Below are positions 47,950-58,500 of a stretch of DNA of 64,000 bases, in pieces. The notes beneath the pieces are model-generated. The model was given only the letters and a program-made list of their open reading frames with translations, searched no databases and was not told the origin of the DNA. Positions within the stretch are counted from its first letter, which is position 1. Each line of letters opens with the position of its first letter. Both the position numbers and the translations under genes were made by a program. The DNA comes from Styela clava (Eukaryota). The stretch covers positions 15,314,001-15,378,000 of the forward strand of contig NC_135256.1 of the NCBI RefSeq assembly GCF_964204865.1. Reading direction: 5' to 3'.

Positions 47950-48010
47950 GAAATTTTAGGGGGGGGGGGGTGTGTTCACCCCCTATAGGGGGGGTGTAGG
48001 GAAATCACTG
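46973..48010. mobile_element. hAT-like non-autonomous element with subterminal G-runs
   Basis: Imperfect TIRs cagtatgttcccc / agggaaatcactg and TSD tacttgta / tacttgtt. TAG(n) runs occur near both ends, including G29 at 47919-47947 and G12 at 47959-47970. Confidence 0.7.
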
Positions 48011-48629
48011 TACTTGTTCGACTTCTTTCTATTCTACTTGTATCAAAGTTAGTCACGAGTGCCGTTGGTCGACAACCAACATTGTTTTTTCGCGTCACCC
48101 TTCAACGTGAAATACCATTTTCATGTTATTTTCCTAGTTTTGGTGAAAAACAAACTACTGACTGGCTTTGTCGTGTAAGATAAATTTTGGGCATGGCCAC
48201 TGGATCACAAATATTATTTTATTTTGACCTCATTTTGATGATTGCTTTCATTTTCAACATATTGTCGATGATTTTGTAGCATTGCCTTGTGCTGTAGTCG
48301 GGAATTTTTTTTTTTTTTTGCAAAATTATTCGGGTATAATTCGTAAGTCGGATCATGAATATATGTACATAGTTGCTAGTTACCAAGGTCTTGGCCATCC
48401 AATAATTTTTCAAGAAATAGAAGAATGAAGACGCAACAATCCAATCAAGTCAATGACTACATATATTTCATTCGCACATGTATGGCATTTTCAGTTTTTC
48501 ATATTCATATATTGATTCATCTCCAGTACATAACATTGCCGCTCTCATGATTGAAATAATAAAAGACTTTTGCATAACAATTATGAGCAAATACGCAATC
48601 ATACGAACATATGTTAGCACAAAACACCA

Positions 48630-48790
48630 TTCGCTAGAGGTGATAATAAAAAACTTGCTCGTATCAAGGGTACTACAGCGACGCTACACAATTCACTGAC
48701 ACCGTCGATCACACGTCTGTGAATCTCATCATCGCTCGACAAAAGTGTGAATCATGGCTGGTATAAATACTCAGTGACATAAGTTGAAAA
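48630..48790 (+). promoter_or_regulatory. Putative troponin I muscle promoter (TATA plus T-box-like site cluster)
   Basis: TATAAA 48762-48767, preceded by T-box half-site-like motifs AGGTGATAA (48638), TGACACC (48697), TCACACG (48709) and AGTGTGAA (48744). Confidence 0.45.
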
Positions 48791-49221
48791 CCAAGCATTT
48801 AACGACATGTACAGTTGAATATTAGCTTCAATCAGTTTATTCGGTATATAATACGAGACAGGAAAGGGTTGAAAGCGTTGAAGAATTATGTATTATTGGA
48901 CACATACTCTATCAGAAGCTTGTTTACCATACATACCCGCCTAAAGTATAGCATTAAAATACTACTTAGACTTATTATTTGTAGCGAGTGTATGATAATT
49001 ATTTACCGAACGTAGTCAGTTTTGCAGTCTTTGTTTATGAGCTTTTCACCTTCTCCTTGTTCAATCATATGTAGAAGGCACGTTAAAAAATATATTTATA
49101 ATGACGGACGTTCGGCTGATGCTTTTTATTTCATCGCATTTTATTTTATTGGATCAAACGTTGTGTTTTTGCAGAATTTATTTTTAACTCTTTAGTTCGA
49201 CATACAAAAACTCTCATCAAA

Positions 49222-50735
49222 ATGGCCGATTCTGAAGTGAGTAATTTACATCTTAGTTTGAGTATAACATATTTCGTGATAGCATCTGTGTAAAATTGAA
49301 CATAAAACTAAAAAACTAAATAATATTGGACATTCAACAGATTTGATCTACTTATCGTATTTGAAAATGAAAAAAAGTTTTTTACAATAAATATATGCCT
49401 TTTGTCAACTGATAATGTAATGCTCAGTCTATAGGTCAACTAATCGCCATTAGTCGTGTGCTACTGTCAAATTTATTTTCTGACATTTAGTATCGAATGG
49501 AAAATTGTCAATTTTTCTATCCTCGCCTTGAATTAATTGTGTTGTTACCATGTCAAAACAAGCGTTAACTACGTTGCTACTAATTTGTGTTATCTTTTTA
49601 ATTCCACTGGGAATATCATTTCTAAAATGAATTGAACAGACATTAATTTGTAGACGGCGACCAGATTACATCATGTCGTGAATTTACCATGAGAAACGTA
49701 GTGAATGATTATTTCAAAGAACGCGGGTCCGGGAAAACATTCGTCATACATTCCTAAATGATTTTGAACTACAGCCATATGCATGATATGCCCTCGATAA
49801 ACCTCACCGTCGGCATATTTGATTATGGTGGTTTTTGTTTCTCTAGAGTGCACCCCGCAAGATGACACACCAGCGCAAACAGCAGCTGAAGTCTCTCATG
49901 CTAAACAAGGCGCGCGAAGACTTGAAAAGAGAAGCAGAACAAAAAGCAGAGGAAAAAAAGAATGTATTGAATAAGAGAATTGAACCAATGGCTGATCTTG
50001 GCAGCATGTCACAACAGGAACTTATGGTAATAAACTCAGATTTCCAAAACACCACAAACAATATTTAAAGTGATTTAGAAAAAAATACCTGAAACAAAGC
50101 AAAGCGTATAAAACAATGATTCGTAATTCCTAATAAGCACCAATCATTTACCAATGGCCTTGCTTATCATCTTAACAATTCTTATTGTGATAAAATATCT
50201 ATACTGTTTTAGGACCTGTGTCGTGAATTGCATGCTAAGATTGACAAAGTTGATGAAGCAAGATATGAGATTGAAGGTAAAGTGAAAAAGAATGACACAG
50301 AGGTATGGAAATAATTTCGATATTGTTAAGCTCATATATTTTAACAAGTCATGACTGTGATGGGGGAAAAAGCAATAATATTCTTTTTATTTCAGATTGA
50401 AGAACTAAACCAGAAGATCTTTGATCTTAGAGGTAAATTCAAGCGTCCACCACTGAGACGTGTACGTATGTCTGCTGACCAAATGTTGAGGGCTCTTCTT
50501 GGATCAAAACACAAAGTGACCATGGATCTCCGATCAAACTTGAAAAGCTCCAAGAATGAGGTTCGTTAAAATATTGAAAATATTTAAGTTTACTACTTCA
50601 ATACAGTTAATGCAAATGGAAATATTTTTAAATGCTGTATAGATTTAGTGCATAGGGAACATAATAATGTGTAGAATATATTCGAATAATTTATAATTCG
50701 GAACTTTTTTATATTCATCACAGGGAAAGAAATAG
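49222..50735 (+). CDS. TNNI: Troponin I, C-terminally short ascidian type, ~153 aa
   Basis: Exons 49222-49236, 49847-50026, 50213-50302, 50396-50560 and 50724-50735 total 462 nt. Motifs [30 protein letters not shown], inhibitory [12 protein letters not shown] and switch [32 protein letters not shown] at ~50868. Confidence 0.95.
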
Positions 50736-52575
50736 ATCTTCTAAAACGACGTTGTCAATCAAACAGAAGCAACTTTTTTCTATTCATCATTTCACCATGT
50801 CGAACTTCACAATATTTAACTAAACCTAGATCTCTGTTATTTGTTTGAATTTGTTAGTAATTTTAGTAATAAAATAAATATCAAAGCTGTAGTGGTATAT
50901 ATATTTGTTTTTACGCGCCTACTGCATTGTATAAGCTGCCACTAGCAGGAAAGCATCCACAGCCATCTCTGTGCGATTATTGTAAATATTTCTAGCAACA
51001 CTGTTCGCTATACATTCTACGTCACTCCATATACTGTACAATGGTGATGTTGCAATATTTTTCAACACTTTGTGAGGTCATCTTTTTTTATTTTGTTCAT
51101 GGTTGTGCGACAATTCCATTTGGCGGGTCAGCAAGATATTTTCGGTTGTGTTTACAACGTTAGTGCTAGGCAACGCCACTGCATTGGACGATAGAGCAAA
51201 TGGATCCACAGCTGATCATCTTCGCGTTCAATAACGAGGAATAGAAGTTGCTTAAGTTGACTAACGTGAACAACCGTTATCAAGGCTACTAAGTACATAT
51301 GTAACAAATGAACAGACAATAACATATATATATATAATATTTATTGAGACATACAGAATGAAAATACACAATACACACTCTAACTTAACCATTACATTTA
51401 AATAATTTTTGGCACGGATGATTGATTAGCATGTTATCTGCGTTATATGATGGCATCGCAAATTAGAGATATTGTAAAATACGGTCGACACTCAAGTCCG
51501 CCACCCCACTCCGAGTGTAAAAAATTGAGTTCACTATGCGCAACAGGTGATTTTCCGGTCCTCCCAAGGTATGTTATTTTCAAGACAACTTTGTTCGTAG
51601 GAAAGACGAGACACGCCGCTTTAAAGAAAATGCAGGCCAATATTCTGATGACTGACTGAGCTGGATTAATGTCATTTATATCGTTTTGTTTTCATAACAT
51701 AGTCAGATTTTTTTGAAAAATCTCAAGGCGCAAATGCCATTATAAAAACATTGAACACCAACCACACTGCTTTGTATTCGTGAAAGTAGCCTACGACTTC
51801 CAATAACTCGTATCGAGTCTCAAGGTGAAAACACCGTGTTAATGGTTTAATACTTCGCGATGTTTGTAATGGCAGTGATTTATGATCGTATGATCATTCG
51901 CATATCATTCTATACGTATACGTGAATTGCCTTCTCACATAGACGGTGGGTTTAATTTTCATGTTTTACGCTAACCTTGTTCATCATGGCGCTCTTCAAA
52001 TCGGTCTGTACAGATTAACACTTGGATGTAGAAAAAATCGGGAGGACCAAAAAAATTTCCAGTTTATCAACGCTTATCAATTTTCCCTCTGCGCGAGAAA
52101 TTGATTTTGGGATAGACATGGTACTGACCAGAACTGATCTGCAACACCATCATGGTCAGGATAGCGCACTAATCACTGAATAATTTCACCTACTAATTGT
52201 GCGATTTTTAATCATATTCTGATGCAATTAAATATCTGAAATATGTAAATTACATATACGATACCTATAACTCAAACTAGAAACTACACTGAATACCACA
52301 TCCTAAATTTACTTTTTAAAAACTAGTACAACAGAGTTGCAAGTTGGCCCGCGTTTTTTTTTTTTTTTTTTTGAGGGTTGGGGTGGCGCTTTATATCGCC
52401 CTATGTAATAATGTAACTGATATTGCGCAAAATTATTGGTTGGGATTAGTAATTTAGGATATATATATATAACGATTTCAAAATTTATTGATATCGAACC
52501 CGCTTGCAAACCAAAAACTAAAAAAAACTGTTACTAAAATATATATATACTCATTCACACACACTCAATATTTTG

Positions 52576-54136
52576 TTAATTTGTATCTTCACGTTTCCAC
52601 CCCAGACAACGAACAACTGGATAGAATAAGCACTTCATGACTTTTTTCATATGCTTTGCCTTTGATTTTTGTTTCTGTTTAGGGGAATAGATGCGTCTCT
52701 CATTTTGCCTAGGTATTATAGGCTCGCTTTCAATGATGTCAACTTCCTTGTCCACAAAGCTGGTGAAACGAATAAACATATTTAATTAATTAATATATAT
52801 ACATCGTACACAATTTCAACGGAACATTTCATTACCCTGCATGGACGTAGGTGAGAAAGATATGTGCGCGAGGGTAGCAGAAATTTACACTGCCTTGGTC
52901 ACTCGATCCTATTATTTGGCATTCAAGTAGTATTTTATCCAGATATGAATGCAAAATGGTCACACTGCCATGTTTTCGAAACCCTGGAATTTATACCAGT
53001 TTGGTCAGGCAATTCTTTTCCGAAGATGGTAAAAACAATTCGTGATATCAATACTCAGCGCTAGATGTAGTTTCGAGTCATTAGGGTTAGTCTCATTCGC
53101 TAAGCTATCATAGCAACAAGTAGAATAAAAATTTCGTAAAATCATTGAGCTTTAGGAAATAAAACCAAACTAAAGCCAATGGGATAATTACCAAGCATCA
53201 ATATCCTTTTCGGCTAATACGTCTGGAACTGTAACCTTTTCTCCGCTTAAAGTATAATTGTTTGGCAGCAAAACTGATAGATGCGGAAGTGGGACCAGGT
53301 TTTCCATCGGTGATTCTAAAAGACCTGACGGAGTCTCATGTTTTTGGCATTCCAAATTCAGATATGAAAATCCTGATGATAAATATATTTACCTTTTTTT
53401 TTATAACGAAGGGCGTGAAATACAAACCTCACTCTTTATCAGCTTAGAGGGCCTAACCGTAAGCATAGGCTACTAACTTACTCGAATTTGGCAGACTGTA
53501 TGTTCTCGTTATTGCATTTCTTGTGCGATCTTCCACAAATAGCCATGGTTCGCTCGCCATTTTTTGTCTGGCCACCCATGAGTATTCGTTCTTGGTGATG
53601 GCGTATTCTACCAGACCTGAGAATCAAAATATGAATTTGGGAATCCGTATTTTTTTCTACCAGATGTTTTGTGTTACCTATTTATTTGACTTACTTAAAA
53701 TGCAAGGAGAACTTTGGGTTCTCAACCATGCTTCTTCATTGGGTTTGTCGATCATCGCCTGCCTCAAAAAACGCTCGCTCTTCCATCTTTTTTCTGGAGA
53801 TATCTGTTTCAATGTAGCAAATTATATATAATACAATTGTTATAAAATGTATGAGATTTGCTACTGAATTGTCCTTTTCAAGGTCGAATTCCACGAGCTA
53901 TTGTAACGAAGTATAAAAATAATTTTCTTTTATTGTCAGGTTATAACTTGGTAATTGATATCTAGATTGATTTTTGACATAGGAATGACCGTGGTCTTGA
54001 GTTTATTAAAGAGCGCGAAATTTTTTTACAGATACACTTTTCTGCAGAACTCAACCATATAGTATTGTTTAAATTTTATTTGCTTACTTACCTTAATATC
54101 GCCACAAGCATTGACTAAGTTCATTCTGGACAACAT
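52576..54136 (-). CDS. Uncharacterized multi-exon protein, ~222 aa (tentative model)
   Basis: GT-AG exons 54136-54092, 53803-53695, 53616-53482, 53372-53325, 52983-52836 and 52759-52576 join into a 669-nt ORF. The exon 4 donor (gtcttt) is weak and no family is recognised. Confidence 0.45.
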
Positions 54137-54914
54137 ATTGTAGTTTCACAAGTTATGTAAACTGTACGAATGCGATGACGTCATAATATAAAAATGTTAA
54201 TCAATGAAAAATTCATGGAATTCGTTGAGAGGCATCCACATCGAGATCAGTGATAGCAGACGATGATATATCTGCTTATCCGTCGTTTCAGTTTCATTGG
54301 AATCTGGATTTTTGGATGGATAGTGCAGCGGAAGCGGTGCTTTATCGGAAATTTGTAGTAAACTTGAAGCACTGTACGAATTTTCGCCGATGCTTAAAGT
54401 ATTCCCTTTCGTTAGTTTTGGTGTTCCTAGTTGGCTGACATCTCCATTAACATATGAATTCGCGCGTTTCCTGACTACTGCATTAAACGTTTTGCGACCC
54501 TGAAAGGTTCCAAATTGTTTGGGCAATATCAAAAGCAATTACTATAGATAGAACATTTTTAAATAGGCCTACAGATATCAAATTGAACATATGATATGAC
54601 CATATACGAAGACTAAATTTTGTTCGATAAACTTATTACTTATGAGAATAAAAAAATATGGCCATGATTAATTAAAGTATTAGTTCTTGAACAATGTTGG
54701 AATCGTTCGTTTTACCCTGGTTTTACATACCAGTTTTACATCACTTTAGTTATCATGTAATCAACTCAAGTGTAAATGTTGTTGACAATCAGCATCATGA
54801 AATAATGGAAAGATATTATTTAACAGTGACATTTCTAGTGAAGAATTGCATCTATTTTATTTTGCCAATAGGTCGTACGCCCACGGAAGTCCGAAATCCG
54901 TGTCTCTCTTATAT

Positions 54915-55264
54915 GGCTCGGCGGTGGGGCGCATCGTGCTAAGCGTTAGGAATACGCGCTCGCCACCGCATCTCTGATTCACTTCGTGGGATCGCAGGTT
55001 CGAATCCTATGCGGGAATGATCATGTGCGAGAGGATTGCTAGACTCCTCGCCGCCGTAGGGTGGGTGGTTCACGTTACCGCTGGTCGGTTGCGCTTCCTC
55101 CACAATCAAGGCCATGCTTCCGAAAAAAATAAAATACCTGGCTATCTAATCCCATACCCGACCTGGACTGATAATCGGACGAGAGGCCGTGGTTCGCCAT
55201 ATGATTAGGTATTATCGGCTTTCCTCTCCCCCTGGATAAATATGTAAATCCTACCGTATCCTAT
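54915..55264 (+). mobile_element. Full-length tRNA-derived SINE (family 1)
   Basis: A-box-like start, B-box GGTTCGAATCC at 54997-55007, body shared with 57325-57510 and 63408-63720, and a 3' tail atcctat-like repeat. Confidence 0.85.
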
Positions 55265-55537
55265 ATCCATTTTTTGTGTATTTCCATCGTTGATTTCCAT
55301 CCTATTACAGTATTAATCACGTGATCATGAATTTTCAGGTGATTCCCCTATACAGGGTGAGAATTTTGTTGCGCAAGTTTGTCACTTCTGCTTTGAGTGA
55401 GTTGTTTCATTGTTCAGTTATTGCGCCATATCTTTGAAAAACAGTTTGGATCTAGATAAATCAGTAGGCTATATCGTCTTCAGAAATGATCAATTGTCAA
55501 TTTTATCTACTTATTCTCGTTGGTAAATTTGTGCAAA

Positions 55538-58500
55538 ATGGTTTCCATTGAAGAAGAATTGAATGATATTGAACAAGATTGGGAAGTGAGATATCTTGAA
55601 GAAACTTCTCAAGATCTTCGCTACGTAGTTGAGTTGCTCAATGAAGAAGTCAGTTTAAAAGTTTACATTCCAGGTAAGATGAATACTGAAGAGCCGTTAT
55701 TGCTTATGTTATAATCAATGTTCCCTCTAATTTTTTTTAGTATGTGTGCGCACTTTTTTGGAATCAATCAATTTTATTCGGTCACTCTGATACAAACAAA
55801 ACACAAAACAACAACAAACAAAATACAGAGGACCTGGAGGACGGGCATAACTTAATAAAAAAGTTAAATACGTACAAGTACGTGCCCGTCCCCCAAAAAC
55901 AGAATAAAACAAAAACACGATGTGACATCGGGCAATATCTTATAGATTCAAATTAAAATGTGAGACGTGTATGTGCTTTTCCTATACAGATATATGGATT
56001 AAAGAACACTCGCTGCCGAAAAATGGTGATGCTGTAGGCCTAGTTCAATTATATTGCAAAAATAACACAGTGCAGCAGTGATAGTGACAAATTTTTTTTC
56101 CTAAAAAACAAGCTTGGTAAATGGTTTTGGATGTTCCATAGCAGTCTATGCACAAATCATGGATTGGGGTGTTAGGTTCTTTTGTCGTTTTCGGTTAGTT
56201 CACTTTAAAATCATTGTATCCGTTCCAATGCTTCCAACATTAATATCGAATTTTCCACGAACGACCACCATTCAGCCATTCCAACAGGTGCAGTGATCCC
56301 ATCTTTTCTACGCTGTGTTCCATCATACACGACTAGATTCATAAAAGGATCGAAACGTCGCAATATATTCGTAACAGATCGTCCACCATTTAACTTTAAA
56401 TCCAATCTTTTATCCATAAACTTCTTTAATTCTAGTGGATGGGCTTTGCTCATGTTGATATTGCGCGATACAGATTACAGATACCGAAACATACAACGCG
56501 TAGCATTCACTAGTCTTTTCAAGCTGACACGTCCGCACCCGACGACGGTCTGAACGGAATCCGGAAATAACTAATATTTGTGCAAAAACCAATTAAGAAA
56601 TTTTGGCGTTTTAACCGGGTAATCAATGGGTGGGCCAACAACAAATTTCTCAACCTGCCAACCGAGAACATTGTAACATTACATCGAAATACGTCTGTGC
56701 GCAGTAAATCTATGCGTGTGCGCAGCCTCTGAAAGCTGTGTGCGCGCGCACACGCGCACACTTTAGAGGGAACAATGGTTATAATTATGTCATCAGTGAC
56801 TTACATTTTATGAGCTCTATTTCAAAGTCTGAAAGTGCAAAACAATTTGAAAAGTTCAGATTTGTTTTACAGTTATAGACAGACTAGGAATGATAAACAA
56901 GTAGCCTACAAGTAAATAGTAGATGGAACTAATATATATATAAATACTGAAATAATGGAAAAGGTGTGTCTCTTTCAGTCTTTGTGCAGTTGTGGTTCCT
57001 TATCGCATGTCGAATTAAATTCGTTGCATAGGTTTTCTGCCAGTTTGTGATTGTGGCGATTTTTTTTTTATTTCAATTAATATCAAATTTCTGATTTAAT
57101 ATCGAAGAAATTAAAGAAGGGATTTCATAAATTAGTGATTGGAATCCAACACCTGTCGCCTACACTTTCATGAAATTTAAGCATAATTCGCTCAACCATA
57201 ATCCACAACACGAAAGCCCTAAAAAAGTGATCATCTAAATCAGCAACTGTGGGACTCCTTACAGAAAGTTGGAAATTTTAAATTTTATCACAACAGAATT
57301 ATTGCATCTTAGAGGTATGCAATTGTGGTTCACGTACGGTTACAGCTTCCTCCACCATCAAGTCCATGCTTCCGAAAACAAAATAACTGGCTAACTAATC
57401 CCATACCGGATCTGGACTGGTAACCGGACGAGAGGCAGAGGTTCGCCATATGATTAAGCCATCTTATTGACTTTCCTCTCCCCGGGATTAATATGTAAAT
57501 CCTATCCTATGCATTACATTTTGCTTAATCTCAAACTGGATTGTGGTATCATAAATCCTATATGATGGCTGATAGCCAGGAAAATGTTATCTGTGTTTCT
57601 ATTAAGTGAAAATTTCAACACCAGTAACACTTTGATATTCCTGTATTCGGTTAATATACAACAAGACTTGCAATAGCTTCAATACTGGTGATGATGTGGG
57701 CATTGTGCTCAGTAAAATAAAGCCATGCATTAAAAATATTATTACAAGAGAATTTTAATGTGCAATATAGCTATTTATCTGTGTCTTGTCTATTTCTCTC
57801 AAATCTGAAGAAATTGTAGAGTATTAACATTAAAAATACATTTTTTCGTTGTTTGAGATTTGCGTTATTAGGTGTTCATAAACTCAGATTTGGGCCGTAC
57901 CCAAAAGGTCCGTAGGAACCATTTGCTTTAATATATATTTTTACTAGTTAACCACTGTCGTTATTTGTTTGCAGAAAATTTGATTTTGTTCTATAATTGA
58001 TATCAGCATTATTGCTTGAAATTATTATTCTTGTCATATTTGTTTTAGATAATTATCCTGACACTGTACTACGTATTGAATTTGGTGAAAAAGAAATGAA
58101 GGGACTTGATGTAAATATGCAACAAAACATTCTGAAATCATTGGATCAGAGAATGATGAATAAAATAGGAGAACCAATGTTAAAATTTATAGTAGACGAA
58201 ATTTGGTATCAAGTTAAAGTTTTGTCTGCACATCGTCAACAGAAAAACTTGACCCAACAGATGACAGAAAATATGAAACCTCAAAAGAAAAAAAAACTTA
58301 ATCGAAAACGTGCCAAAATGGCGGCACGATTTGGACTAGTTGGTGGAATGCAACACAGACCAACTTTGGCAAATGTTGTTCAACAATCTGTTGTTCCTGT
58401 CTCAACAAAGGAAAACATTACTGAGGTAGTGAAAGAGCCTGTTGTTAGCAACGATGTAAAAAGTTCTTCAAAGAAAAATCATGGTGAAGCAATCGATCTT

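Larger units (their letters stand above)
55716..56777. mobile_element. hAT element (1062 bp) carrying an SmG gene copy
   Basis: TIRs caatgttccctctaa / ttagagggaacaatg (14/15), perfect 8-bp TSD gttataat (55708-55715 and 56778-56785), and subterminal tgtgcgc motifs at both ends. Confidence 0.9.

Noticed and set aside
51340-52180. Possible small minus-strand gene (AATAAA at ~51340, exon-like segments)
   Set aside because: I could not assemble a consistent spliced ORF, and no homology was recognised.
54915-55010. tRNA-like sequence with a B-box
   Set aside because: No clean cloverleaf. It continues into a body repeated three times in the window, so it is a SINE head rather than a tRNA gene.
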